DNA from: a virus
IMG/VR virus record: IMGVR_UViG_3300017991_000104
Span: 3,946 to 67,945 of that record
Direction: 5' to 3' (one strand)
Length of the DNA: 64,000 bases
In this document: piece after piece, positions 1 to 9,425 of the stretch
How the letters are laid out: every line of letters starts with the position of its first letter
Position numbering within the stretch: position 1 is the stretch's first letter
The notes under the pieces: model-generated
What the model was told of the DNA's origin: nothing
Database searches by the model: none
The model's input: only the letters and a program-made list of their open reading frames with translations
Position numbers and translations under genes: made by a program

Positions 1-24
1 GATGGGTAAACCAATCCGCATTGT

Positions 25-75
25 GAATTTTTGAGATTTTTAGTGATTTTTTACCGCTTTGGGGTATAATAGAGT
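25..75 (+). promoter_or_regulatory. Putative phage promoter (T-tracts followed by GGTATAATAGAGT) upstream of the tRNA
   Basis: TATAAT at 65-70 preceded by T-tracts spaced ~10 bp; the same architecture recurs at 23441-23487. Confidence 0.6.
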
Positions 76-79
76 ACGA

Positions 80-163
80 GCGTTGGCATTGGGCATTGGC
101 GAGCCCAAGTGACTGTAAATCACCCGCCAAACGGCTGTGTAGGTTCGACTCCTACCCGACGCA
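80..163 (+). tRNA. tRNA-Tyr(GTA), class II, atypical, no encoded CCA
   Basis: Acceptor GCGTTGG/CCGACGC + A73; D arm GGGC/GCCC; anticodon loop CTGTAAA; variable arm GCC-AAAC-GGC; T arm GTAGG-TTCGACT-CCTAC. Confidence 0.85.
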
Positions 164-362
164 CTTCCTAACCCTTTTCACCGCATAATCCTCCGAAGCA
201 AAGGGCCACTTTATGTCAGATGAAGCTCATGCTGTGTTGATGTTCGTATTCCTAGTTATCGCTCTGCCTCTTGGTTTTATTTTTGGGCTATGATTGGGAG
301 GTGCCCTGTGAGATACACTATTCCTGAAACAGTGACCCTAGTAGGAAATAATAAGGAGTGGG

Positions 363-614
363 ATGATGGTACAAATTGTACTCAAGACTAAGCCACTACC
401 CAAGACTCCCGAAGAATGGGAAGCATGGTCGGAGGAATTGCACGAATATCTAATGCGAAAGATGGCCAATGCTGAGGAATTTGAAAGGGTAAGCCGAGAA
501 TCTATAGAGAACGATGAGACAAGAATCATAGGCAAGTCAGCAGCGGATATCATGGACGAAGCTGGTGTACCAAATGCCTTGGAAGGACGAACCTTAAACC
601 TGAGGACTAAGTAA
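363..614 (+). CDS. hypothetical protein
   Basis: AAGGAG SD upstream; TAATG coupling to the next gene. Confidence 0.65.
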   Translation: MMVQIVLKTKPLPKTPEEWEAWSEELHEYLMRKMANAEEFERVSRESIENDETRIIGKSAADIMDEAGVPNALEGRTLNLRTK

Positions 615-1060
615 TGCCTGAGTATACCTTTGAATGCCCTGATTGTAATGCTATCTTCGTATACTTCATGAGAATGGCTGAGTATGATGCGGCTCAAACA
701 TGTGACCAGTGCGGGGGCGACCTCAAGAGAAACTACCAAGCCGACCTCCCGCGTGGCAATGTGAAGTTGAATCCGACTGATATCCATTGCCCGATGACGA
801 TTGGTGAGCTTGCCCAGATGAACACCGAGACTATCTCGGCTGATGAGCGACGGGCTATCTATGAGAAGAACAACGCATACAAAGGTCATGGCGAGGGCGA
901 AGATACGCGGGGTAAGCATAAGCGTGTGCTTAAGCGTCATTATGACCCGAACCTGACATCCGAACATGCCAAGGCTAACCCGCCAAGGCAATCTTACCCA
1001 GGGGAAACTCGGCGTAAGATACAAAAGAAGAAGAGGACGCAAAAGAAGAAGGATAAGTAA
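614..1060 (+). CDS. FmdB-family zinc-ribbon protein
   Basis: MPEYTFECPDC...TCDQCGG matches the FmdB CxxC-CxxC N-terminus; basic tail. Confidence 0.75.
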   Translation: MPEYTFECPDCNAIFVYFMRMAEYDAAQTCDQCGGDLKRNYQADLPRGNVKLNPTDIHCPMTIGELAQMNTETISADERRAIYEKNNAYKGHGEGEDTRGKHKRVLKRHYDPNLTSEHAKANPPRQSYPGETRRKIQKKKRTQKKKDK

Positions 1061-1062
1061 TC

Positions 1063-1284
1063 ATGCCAGAAGCAGTTATACTGATTAAGGTAGAGGTTAA
1101 GGAATCTCCAGCCACTATAGGACGCAATGGTGGCAGCAAGGTCATAGCATTCCAAGCTGATGACTATGCAACACTCGCCAATAAAATCCAACTATTCATG
1201 AAAGGTGTAGCTAATGCCTACCAAGAAGTCGAAGAAGAAAACGGCGAAAGCCAAGAAACCGAAGAAGAAAACACAGGAGATTGA
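1063..1284 (+). CDS. hypothetical protein
   Basis: ORF in a tightly packed operon; acidic tail overlaps the next gene. Confidence 0.6.
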   Translation: MPEAVILIKVEVKESPATIGRNGGSKVIAFQADDYATLANKIQLFMKGVANAYQEVEEENGESQETEEENTGD

Positions 1285-1804
1285 GGCTCCTCGGGTAGCC
1301 CCTGATGACTCTCAGCCTGTTCAGATTCAGTCATCGCGTGTGCGGCCCTCTGACCTAGCGGAAGCCGTAAGGCCCATCCGTAAGCAGGAAAAGGTAACCG
1401 TACCCTCTGACCGTCCAGTGATTGCCTACACTATGAACGACGCTAAGTCGATGACGATGAACGAGTTCATGCATAAGGACCAGGATGGTAACTGGGTCTT
1501 GGAGGATGTTCCGTATGATGACAGTGACAATGTCCTCCCCGCTGAGAAGCGTGATGAAGCATTCGCCAAGGAAGTCTTCACGAGAGAGCGTGTCAAGTAC
1601 TTCGTTAAGCGTAACTCGCGTGGTCGCTTCCTAAACCCGATGGGTATGTTCTCTGAGATGCGACATGCTAAGGAAATGCACTCGGCTGGTACTGCTGAGT
1701 GGACATATCGAGAGGTTAACAAGAAGGTATTCGTATTGTACCTGACATTCCTCAAGACTAAGAATCAGGCTTGGCTTCTTAATGCTGAGCGGGAGGCTGT
1801 GTAA
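1214..1804 (+). CDS. hypothetical protein with Lys-rich N-terminus
   Basis: 196-aa ORF, AAAGGTG SD, TAATG-coupled to the next gene. Confidence 0.7.
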   Translation: MPTKKSKKKTAKAKKPKKKTQEIEAPRVAPDDSQPVQIQSSRVRPSDLAEAVRPIRKQEKVTVPSDRPVIAYTMNDAKSMTMNEFMHKDQDGNWVLEDVPYDDSDNVLPAEKRDEAFAKEVFTRERVKYFVKRNSRGRFLNPMGMFSEMRHAKEMHSAGTAEWTYREVNKKVFVLYLTFLKTKNQAWLLNAEREAV

Positions 1805-2424
1805 TGAATCGGAAAGGACGACTGACCAATGTTGACAAGTATACCATACAGGGTATGGTTGCTGACGAAAAGAGCCCCGAAGAAATTAGTAAGGCTCTTG
1901 GTCGCAAGCCCGAGACTATTCAAAAGTATATTGACACAGAACTTCGTGATGTGCAGGAGACTGTGGCGTATGCTCAGATGCAAGCGTTGAAGAAGGAACT
2001 GGCTGACCGCGATGCTGAGATTGCAGAGCTAAAGGAGCAGGTTCCCAAGAAGCTGCCGAAGGGAGAAATCGCTGCTGCTGCCATTCGTGAGTTGCGGAAG
2101 CGTGGTTACCCGAAGGCTGATGCTGAGAAGTTAGTCATTGCAGCATGGGAGAGTGCGGAAAAGAAGTTCGACGAAGTGGATAAGCTCGTTGAAGCTGCAC
2201 TCGCTAAGCCCATGGACGCACGAGACTTGATGCACATGAGGACTATGGTTAAGGGCGATAAGGGAGTTGCTGTGATGACCGAAGCTGCTTCGGCACGCGG
2301 TGATAATCTCTTGGACAGATATCCACAGGACAGTGTGGCAGAGGGTGTGGTTGCTCGTACATCGAAGCCAGCCATCTACCACCCAGACCAAGGAAAGATG
2401 AGCGATGGCACAGTCCCAGACTGA
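1804..2424 (+). CDS. HTH domain protein
   Basis: N-terminal KSPEEISKALGRKPETIQKYI helix-turn-helix followed by a coiled coil. Confidence 0.6.
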   Translation: MNRKGRLTNVDKYTIQGMVADEKSPEEISKALGRKPETIQKYIDTELRDVQETVAYAQMQALKKELADRDAEIAELKEQVPKKLPKGEIAAAAIRELRKRGYPKADAEKLVIAAWESAEKKFDEVDKLVEAALAKPMDARDLMHMRTMVKGDKGVAVMTEAASARGDNLLDRYPQDSVAEGVVARTSKPAIYHPDQGKMSDGTVPD

Positions 2425-2890
2425 GAAATCGAGCTACCCTTCTAGGTATTCCCCTGGTGCCTTCGTCACAGCGGCTCAGTATATTATTGAGCTAGTCTGT
2501 GAACGAAAGGCCGCACAGAATTGTGTTGACTTACCTATGAAGTTTTGGAAACAGAAAGAGTGGGCGGGTTTCTTCCGCTCCCAGTTGCGTAAGTGTCATA
2601 AACTTCTCAAGAGCTATGATGCTCAGGCTATCATTGAAGCACTGCAAGATAAGCAGTGTAAGAATGTGTACTCATTGTTTGCCCCATGGCTAGAGGATAT
2701 CATTGCGTTGAAGCAGAAAGCCCTCGAAGCTAAGAAGGCAGTCTCTGAATACCAGCAGCCAATTAAGGTCAACAGGGAAGCTAAGGAACATAAGCAACGT
2801 CCACGGCGTATCAAAAATAACCTACTAGCGACGTTGGAGGAAATAGATGGCGAAGAAAGCAGCACCAAAAGGGAAACCCAAGAAGAATAA
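2405..2890 (+). CDS. hypothetical protein
   Basis: 161-aa ORF coupled between neighbours. Confidence 0.7.
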   Translation: MAQSQTEKSSYPSRYSPGAFVTAAQYIIELVCERKAAQNCVDLPMKFWKQKEWAGFFRSQLRKCHKLLKSYDAQAIIEALQDKQCKNVYSLFAPWLEDIIALKQKALEAKKAVSEYQQPIKVNREAKEHKQRPRRIKNNLLATLEEIDGEESSTKRETQEE

Positions 2891-3875
2891 GTTTGGTGAC
2901 AATGTTGTACTTGGTTCCGAGTTTGCGGAAACAGAACCGACAATCATCCCGTTGAGCCCACGCCTGGATATCATTCTAGGTGGTGGTGTACCCGAAGGTA
3001 GTGTGGTCATCTTCACGGGTCAGCCCAAGGTGGGCAAGACGGTGTCGGCCCTATCATTGGCATCAAATGCTCAGCAGGAAGCTAACTGGGGCGAGTTGTG
3101 CCCAAACGGCAGGGACGTATTTTACTATGATATTGAGGCTCGCTTTAAACCGCGAGATATCAATGGGATTAAGGGCCTGGATAAGGACCGCTTCCACATT
3201 GTGAAGTCTGAGCCTGGGAAAATCCTTCGTGGTGAGGACTTCCTGCAAAGGGCAGATGAGAACATCAATAAGTATGTGGGTAGCGTCCACATCATTGACT
3301 CTTTTTCCGCACTATGTACTGAGGCTGAGTTGACCACCGGGATGGATAAGATGCAGCGTGCTGACGGACCTAAGCTAATTGCTAAGTTCTGTCGCAAGGT
3401 ATGTAACATCGTTCCGGTGAATAAGAATATCGTCATCGGTGTAACCCACTTGATGGGCAACCCTAGCGGTAAAGGCAAGGCATTCAAGGAGAAGAGTGGG
3501 CAAGCGATTGCCTACGCTGTGGATGTTAAGCTGCATGCCCTCTTCCATGAAAAGTGGATTGAGGGTGACACTCAGGTTGGACAGACTGTCCACTGGGAAT
3601 GTATGACCTCTGCCATTGGGCCACCTGGGCGTAAGCTCGACAGTTGGATTCGCTATGGAGAGGGCATCGACAGAGAGTTGGAGTTGCTGTTACTAGCTAA
3701 GGACTTCGGGCTCGTCAATGTCAACGGTGCGTGGTACACGTTCCTTGATGGAGAGGGCGAAGAGATAGCCAAGGCACAGGGCAAGGAGAAATCCGCCCAC
3801 TTACTTAAGGAAGACACTGAGTTGCGAGAGAAACTTCAAGTAGCACTAGGGAATCTCTTAGGGAGGACAGTATGA
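2847..3875 (+). CDS. recA: RecA/UvsX-like recombinase
   Basis: LDIILGGGVPEG, Walker A GQPKVGKT, YYDIEAR, Walker B HIIDS, SGQAIAYAVDVKL, IRYGEGID, NGAWY. Confidence 0.9.
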   Translation: MAKKAAPKGKPKKNKFGDNVVLGSEFAETEPTIIPLSPRLDIILGGGVPEGSVVIFTGQPKVGKTVSALSLASNAQQEANWGELCPNGRDVFYYDIEARFKPRDINGIKGLDKDRFHIVKSEPGKILRGEDFLQRADENINKYVGSVHIIDSFSALCTEAELTTGMDKMQRADGPKLIAKFCRKVCNIVPVNKNIVIGVTHLMGNPSGKGKAFKEKSGQAIAYAVDVKLHALFHEKWIEGDTQVGQTVHWECMTSAIGPPGRKLDSWIRYGEGIDRELELLLLAKDFGLVNVNGAWYTFLDGEGEEIAKAQGKEKSAHLLKEDTELREKLQVALGNLLGRTV

Positions 3876-4204
3876 AGTACTGCAAGAACTGTGAACATTG
3901 GCAGCAGGGGAAAATGTACTTGACACATGACTATGACACAGAGGGTAATAAAATAGGGTCATCGTGGTCATCTAGTCACCATCCAGCATTTGGCGATGAC
4001 CTTATAGGGGTTCGCATGGGTATCTTTGGCAACTGCCTTAGTGACAAGTTTGTTTATGAAGACCCAGAGGGTGATGACCGTAACTATGACACACCAGATG
4101 ATGGTCTGATGTACTGGGACGGGGAATGCTGGAGAGCATATTTCCAAACTGGTCAGCATTTCTCCTGTTGTCACTGGAAGGAATTGAAGAATGAAGGTAG
4201 TTGA
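3872..4204 (+). CDS. Cys-rich hypothetical protein
   Basis: CKNCEHW...FSCCHW pattern; ATGA coupling. Confidence 0.65.
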   Translation: MKYCKNCEHWQQGKMYLTHDYDTEGNKIGSSWSSSHHPAFGDDLIGVRMGIFGNCLSDKFVYEDPEGDDRNYDTPDDGLMYWDGECWRAYFQTGQHFSCCHWKELKNEGS

Positions 4205-4601
4205 CTTAGACGGTAAGCGTTCCACATGGAGACTCACCGGTCACATCAACCCCAATATCAAGGGCCAGTCGAAGTTGCACATTAAGGCCAGGGAACTCTT
4301 GAAAGAGATGTTCCCCACCGTGCAACTACTTGAGGAGGTACCTATACAGATACGATGGGGTACCACACTATACCTAGACTTTTATATTCCGCTGTATCAA
4401 CTAGCTATTGAAGTGAATGGGGAACAGCACTATAAGTACATCCCCCACTTCCATGGTCATCCGCTTGGGTTCGCTCGGCATCAGCAGCGGGATAAGGATA
4501 AGCTTACTTGGTGTGATATTAATGAGATTGAGGTTGTTGTACTACCGTTTGATGCCATAGATAACTGGAGTATATTTCTCAATGAATACTGGGACGATTA
4601 A
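4191..4601 (+). CDS. DUF559/Vsr-like PD-(D/E)xK endonuclease
   Basis: EEVPI...LYLDFYIP...AIEVNGEQHY...RDKDK motifs. Confidence 0.75.
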   Translation: MKVVDLDGKRSTWRLTGHINPNIKGQSKLHIKARELLKEMFPTVQLLEEVPIQIRWGTTLYLDFYIPLYQLAIEVNGEQHYKYIPHFHGHPLGFARHQQRDKDKLTWCDINEIEVVVLPFDAIDNWSIFLNEYWDD

Positions 4602-5094
4602 GCCACCTGACGAACGAATCGCTGCCCTACGTGCAGAGGTTGAAGCATATGAGGAACGCAACGCTGTTCCAAGACCTATGGTCCCTGGTCCCGAGGGGGA
4701 GTTAACTGAATACCTAACCATGGACCGCAAGGTGCTTGCCAAGAAGACCGGCGAGGACTGTGCGGAGATTGCGTGTAGGCTGGCACAGTTCAGTCTCTAC
4801 ATCCAAAGACTCATCAACGAAGAGAAAGCCGACTTGGGATGGGCCAATGCTGTCATGAACGACGTATGTGCTGGACAACTTGGTAACTACGATAAGTATA
4901 TGAAGCATGAAGTGAAGATGTCACTGATTGTCAAGGAGAATTCCTACGCCGCTAATGTCTACAAGATTATCTTGGAGATTCAGGGTAGGATTAGCAGACT
5001 AGAGCACTTAGCTCGCAGTATCGGCAGTCTAGCTGACAAGTTAGAGCGATTACAGTTTGCTAAGAACGCAACGATAAAACAGAGTGGAGGATAA
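4582..5094 (+). CDS. helical protein, possibly a UvsY-like recombination mediator
   Basis: All-helical 170 aa near RecA; resemblance to UvsY is by size and context only. Confidence 0.45.
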   Translation: MNTGTIKPPDERIAALRAEVEAYEERNAVPRPMVPGPEGELTEYLTMDRKVLAKKTGEDCAEIACRLAQFSLYIQRLINEEKADLGWANAVMNDVCAGQLGNYDKYMKHEVKMSLIVKENSYAANVYKIILEIQGRISRLEHLARSIGSLADKLERLQFAKNATIKQSGG

Positions 5095-5827
5095 AATGTT
5101 AGATACCACGAAACTTCGGGTCGCTGAGATTCGACAGATGCTCATTGATAAGGGTGTTAACCCCGTCACAGTGGGCAAGATTAAGGGCAAGAAGAACCTC
5201 GTCGATGAGCTTGAACGGTGCATCGACAAGGAGTATCAGCAACGTGCTGATGAAGTCGCGGATGAGATGTACTCGACTACCTTTGAGATTCCTCCGGTAG
5301 CAACCAACGAAGTGAATCCGATAAACCCTCTTGACCCCGCCGTTGCCCCACCGCAACCCGTGGAGCCATTAGACCCCGCCATGCTCATGCAGCAACAGAT
5401 GCTAGAGCAAATGCAAGCCATGACTAATCAGATGGCTGAGATGAAGAAGGAACTTGATGCGGCAAAGAAGGGAAATAAGGGGCGAATGCGAAAGGGCGTT
5501 AGTCAGCAACGTCGCGGCTCACGTGGTGGTAATGCTATGGCTGTGGCTCAGGGGATTGATGTCTCTGGTGAGCGGCCCAACTACTTTCTCAACCCTGAGG
5601 AGGGGCGACCTGACCTCGCTGGCGTTGCCGATAGCTGTAAGCAGGATACCAAGACTGATAAAAAGCTTAATGCTGGTCGTAAGCCTACCCAACGACGACC
5701 TGAGATGGAGTTCGTGGAGGCTGAGTGCATTATCTGTCGTAGAGTGGAGTGGGTGAGTCCCGCGATTCTTCTACCTGATGAAAAGACGGGTGTGCCCCGC
5801 TATCGCTGTAACGACTGTATCCACTAG
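5084..5827 (+). CDS. hypothetical protein with HeH/SAP-like N-terminus and C-terminal Zn ribbon
   Basis: LRVAEIRQMLIDKG...KGKKNLVDEL; Pro/Gln linker; CIIC...RCNDC at the C-terminus. Confidence 0.65.
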   Translation: MEDKMLDTTKLRVAEIRQMLIDKGVNPVTVGKIKGKKNLVDELERCIDKEYQQRADEVADEMYSTTFEIPPVATNEVNPINPLDPAVAPPQPVEPLDPAMLMQQQMLEQMQAMTNQMAEMKKELDAAKKGNKGRMRKGVSQQRRGSRGGNAMAVAQGIDVSGERPNYFLNPEEGRPDLAGVADSCKQDTKTDKKLNAGRKPTQRRPEMEFVEAECIICRRVEWVSPAILLPDEKTGVPRYRCNDCIH

Positions 5828-5842
5828 GCCGACGAGGGAAGT

Positions 5843-8314
5843 ATGACAAGACTGAGTGACGTTGCTGCTGAGAGAGCAGTATTAGCTGGAATCTGTAGGT
5901 ACGGTGCCGATGCATACTTAGATATCGTGAGTATGTTACAGCCTAAGACCTTTACGCTCGGCTCTAACGAGTGTATCTTTAACTGCGTCCAAAGGATAAT
6001 GGAAAATGATGACCGCTCATCGGTCGATATTCCTTCCATTCTTTCCGCAGCACATGACATTGGTATCAGCCATGTCTTTGAGAATCCTGATGAGGCTAAG
6101 CATCTAAAGGCCATCTTTTCCTTTCCCGTAGAGCTTAATAATGTACGTAAGTTCGCGGCCAAGATTCGGAAGTTGGAGATTGCTAGGCTTATCCGTGAGC
6201 AGATGGACATAGCCAAGTCTGAAGTGGGCGAAATCACTGGTGATGAGCCTGTCGCAGAGATTATGAGCATAGCTGAGGACCGTGTCTTTCGACTGGGGTC
6301 TTTACTGCATGATGACTCTGAGGAACCGCAGAAGTTAGGCATGGGTTTAACTGAATACCTAGCCTACCTAGCTGAGAATCCGGTCGAGCAGATGGGTATC
6401 TCTACAGGGTTCCATGCTTATGATGGGGCGATTGGTGGTGGTGTGCGGGATGGCACAGTCAATGTGATTGCTGCTCGGCCTAAGGCCCAGCCACTGTACT
6501 GTCGTATAGCTACACCCGATGGGTTCAAAAGAATGTCTCAGATTCAAGTTGGAGACCAGATAAGTGACCCAGTAACAGGTGGGACTACCCAGGTGGTTCA
6601 ACTACACCCTATGGGAGTTAGGCCGGTCTTTCAGGTAACCTTTGACGATGGTTCTTTTACACAATGTTGTGCTGACCATGAATGGAGAGTACGACATGCT
6701 AGGAAAAAGCATGATGAGATTAAGACCACTCTGGAATTAATGAATACGCTTAAGACACCCAACGGAGATACCGAACGATACACATGGAGAATCCCCATAA
6801 CACATCCTGTAGGTATGAATAACAAGTTCGTTAAAATTCACCCATACGTAATGGGATGCCTACTGGGGGATGGGTCATTTAGACATAACCTACGGCTGTC
6901 TTCGGCAGACCTATACATCGTTAGGAAAGTTAGTTCATTGCTAAATGAAGAGGGGTATACCTTAAATCATGTAGCTAACTATGACTACAGTGTGACACAT
7001 GGGCAGCATGGTCAGCCCAATAAGTATATCGACTGGTTGCGTGACTATTGTTTATGGATGGAAGATTCTCACAATAAGTTTATTCCTGCGTCTTATCTTG
7101 AGAATCATATAGATGTTAGAATTCAATTGTTACAGGGATTGATGGATACAGATGGTTACGTGGATGAGAAGGGAAGGGTCGAGTACACTACGGTATCTGC
7201 TAAACTTGCTGTGCACGTTAAACAGTTAGTCCAATCCCTTGGTGGCAAGGCTACTATATCTATACATCAAACCAAAGAATGTACCTCATATAGGCTGTAT
7301 ATCGCCTTTTTAGATAATTCTATATGCTTTAGCCTTCCTCGTAAAGTAAGTCGATGTAAGCCACGGCAAAAAAGACTTGAGAGAAAGATAGTGTCTATCG
7401 AGTATGTAGAGGATACTGAGTGTCAGTGTATTACCGTAGACTCTGCGGATAACCTTTATCTTACAGACCGATATATCGTGACAAAGAATTGTGGCAAAAC
7501 GATGCTGTCGGACAATATCGCTGACAACATCACGGACCAGAGTATCCCAGTGCTAAACATGGATACCGAGATGCTACTTGAGGACCATCAACACAGGTTC
7601 ACCGCCAAGGTATCTCACACAGCTATCGACCTCATTGAGACTGGTAAGTTTGCCAACGACCCAGAGGTTAAGCGACGGGTGATGGGTGCTGCCAAGAAGA
7701 TTGGTGACAAGCCCTACTACCATAAGAGCATCTCTGGCATGCCTTTTGAGGAGCAACTAGCTCTCATGCGACGATGGATAACCAAAGAGGTTGGCCTTAA
7801 TGCCGATGGTACAGCCAAGCCATGTGTTATCATCTATGACTATCTCAAGTTGATGGACTCTCAGGGCATATCTGCCGACCTTAAGGAGTACCAGTTACTT
7901 GGCTTCATGATGACGACATTGCACAACTTCGCGGTACGCTACAAAATCCCCATCATTGCCTTCATGCAGTTGAACAGGGATGGGATTACCAAGGAGAGTA
8001 CTGATACTGCTAGCGGTTCAGACCGAATCATCTGGCTTTGCAGCAACTTCTCTATATTTAAACGAAAAAGCCCCGAGGAAATGCAAGCCGATGGCGTTAG
8101 AAACGGCAACCGCAAGTTGGTGCCTGTCGTTGCTAGACATGGGGCTGAGTTTGACCCGAATGATTACATTAACTTCCACATGGAGGGTTGGTGTGCTACC
8201 ATCAAAGAGGGAAAGACGAAGTTTGAGATAGAGGCTGAGGGTGATACTCCCAATGAGTCCGATGGCTTCGTTGCTGAGGAAGAGTACCCTGATGATGGAG
8301 TGCCTTTTGAATGA
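5843..8314 (+). CDS. dnaB: Replicative DnaB helicase containing an intein
   Basis: AERAVLAG N-terminus, GISTGF, Walker A AARPK|CGKT after intein removal, DTEM, IYDYLKLM, QLNR. Confidence 0.92.
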   Translation: MTRLSDVAAERAVLAGICRYGADAYLDIVSMLQPKTFTLGSNECIFNCVQRIMENDDRSSVDIPSILSAAHDIGISHVFENPDEAKHLKAIFSFPVELNNVRKFAAKIRKLEIARLIREQMDIAKSEVGEITGDEPVAEIMSIAEDRVFRLGSLLHDDSEEPQKLGMGLTEYLAYLAENPVEQMGISTGFHAYDGAIGGGVRDGTVNVIAARPKAQPLYCRIATPDGFKRMSQIQVGDQISDPVTGGTTQVVQLHPMGVRPVFQVTFDDGSFTQCCADHEWRVRHARKKHDEIKTTLELMNTLKTPNGDTERYTWRIPITHPVGMNNKFVKIHPYVMGCLLGDGSFRHNLRLSSADLYIVRKVSSLLNEEGYTLNHVANYDYSVTHGQHGQPNKYIDWLRDYCLWMEDSHNKFIPASYLENHIDVRIQLLQGLMDTDGYVDEKGRVEYTTVSAKLAVHVKQLVQSLGGKATISIHQTKECTSYRLYIAFLDNSICFSLPRKVSRCKPRQKRLERKIVSIEYVEDTECQCITVDSADNLYLTDRYIVTKNCGKTMLSDNIADNITDQSIPVLNMDTEMLLEDHQHRFTAKVSHTAIDLIETGKFANDPEVKRRVMGAAKKIGDKPYYHKSISGMPFEEQLALMRRWITKEVGLNADGTAKPCVIIYDYLKLMDSQGISADLKEYQLLGFMMTTLHNFAVRYKIPIIAFMQLNRDGITKESTDTASGSDRIIWLCSNFSIFKRKSPEEMQADGVRNGNRKLVPVVARHGAEFDPNDYINFHMEGWCATIKEGKTKFEIEAEGDTPNESDGFVAEEEYPDDGVPFE
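6485..7489 (+). mobile_element. Class 3 intein with LAGLIDADG homing endonuclease (335 aa) in the DnaB P-loop
   Basis: Begins AQPL, ends IVTKN|C; WCT triad (DHEW, CQCITV, IVT); LAGLIDADG motifs GCLLGDGS and QGLMDTDG. Confidence 0.88.
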
Positions 8315-8347
8315 GGTTCTCACTGGGAAGAGGAGAAGGTTTTACCT

Positions 8348-8575
8348 GTGAAATTTAGCAGACGTACAATAAGATATCGGGTACCTATGTCTATGATGAA
8401 TTGTCTTGAGCGACCACTACTTGACCCGAGACATCCAGTTAGACTCAAGCGACCAGTGGCACTGTACGGTAGGAATAATGAGAAGCATTCATGGCATAGG
8501 AGATACTCGGTGTACTCTGATGGTATGTACTTTAGCGATGAAATTTGGGAAACATTAAGAGTGGGGTGGTTATGA
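8348..8575 (+). CDS. small basic orphan protein (1 of 5)
   Basis: GTG start after a purine-rich stretch; ATGA-coupled to the next ORF. Confidence 0.55.
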   Translation: MKFSRRTIRYRVPMSMMNCLERPLLDPRHPVRLKRPVALYGRNNEKHSWHRRYSVYSDGMYFSDEIWETLRVGWL

Positions 8576-8784
8576 GGCACTTCCGACGAGCCAAGATGCG
8601 ACGTAGTAAGTGGAGATATATCCGCAAGTCAACCAGATTCGGAAGCTACCTTTGTTCAAATAGAAGAACCTATGATGTAAGAGGTGCTATAGATTGGATT
8701 GTTGAACATGCGAATAATGATATTAGATGGGATGTTTTGACAAAGGCATGGGACATATTACATGATAACTATTCTTCAACGTAA
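8572..8784 (+). CDS. small basic orphan protein (2 of 5)
   Basis: MRHFRRAKMRRSKWRY; ATGA overlap at the start. Confidence 0.55.
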   Translation: MRHFRRAKMRRSKWRYIRKSTRFGSYLCSNRRTYDVRGAIDWIVEHANNDIRWDVLTKAWDILHDNYSST

Positions 8785-8989
8785 AATCCGACATAGTAGT
8801 GTGATGCATGCTAGGCACTCACGTATCAATGGATGCTTGGAAACATTCTCCCACCCAATGATGATGAGTACCTACAGGGGTGTACTCGGAACTAACTACC
8901 GAAACTCAGCCCTAGACTGGGGTGCAAGATTCAATGAGGTACTTAGGATGGCCCACTCATTGGGGTTTCTAGGGGAAGGTGTAACATGA
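8762..8989 (+). CDS. small basic orphan protein (3 of 5)
   Basis: 75-aa ORF, ATGA-coupled to the next. Confidence 0.55.
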   Translation: MITILQRKIRHSSVMHARHSRINGCLETFSHPMMMSTYRGVLGTNYRNSALDWGARFNEVLRMAHSLGFLGEGVT

Positions 8990-9198
8990 GATATGCAAGG
9001 CATAGAGTCAGCGGTGTCAGGAGAAAGAGAAACTCGTGTTACCAGAATAGCCCTGGAACATTCTTCTTCTCACGGACTAACAGGTCTACCTTCAGTGGTA
9101 GCCGCTTTACATGCATGGAGGGTAGTGGTATATGGGGCTTTGCACGTTGGGGAACAGCTGTGCTTGATAATCGGAGGGTGCTGTTGGCTTCGCTATGA
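8986..9198 (+). CDS. small basic orphan protein (4 of 5)
   Basis: MRYARHRVSGVRRKR; ATGA overlaps at both ends. Confidence 0.55.
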   Translation: MRYARHRVSGVRRKRNSCYQNSPGTFFFSRTNRSTFSGSRFTCMEGSGIWGFARWGTAVLDNRRVLLASL

Positions 9199-9425
9199 CC
9201 TACTTTCAATTGATTAAGCATAACAGAACGGCGATGATATCCAGTGGCCCAAAGATATCTACCAGATACTATAAACCATCCCCATTGTCCTACATGGGTA
9301 TGAATGGGCACGGCACTCACTATAACGGTCACGCGAAGAGTCATATTGTCAATGAGGTAGGGCATTTCACCCGTAGGCTTATATCTTTGATGAAGACAGT
9401 GATGAGGAGACAGAATGAGCAATGA
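9195..9425 (+). CDS. small basic orphan protein (5 of 5)
   Basis: 76-aa ORF overlapping the primase start. Confidence 0.55.
   Translation: MTYFQLIKHNRTAMISSGPKISTRYYKPSPLSYMGMNGHGTHYNGHAKSHIVNEVGHFTRRLISLMKTVMRRQNEQ

Noticed and set aside
213-293. 26-aa hydrophobic ORF after the tRNA
   Set aside because: Too short and no convincing SD; cannot be supported from sequence alone.
338-1042. Long antisense ORFs (338-1042, 5824-6342, 21766-22386, 23470-24012, 29290-29937 and similar)
   Set aside because: They lie opposite well-supported genes and have no recognisable motifs; treated as shadow ORFs.
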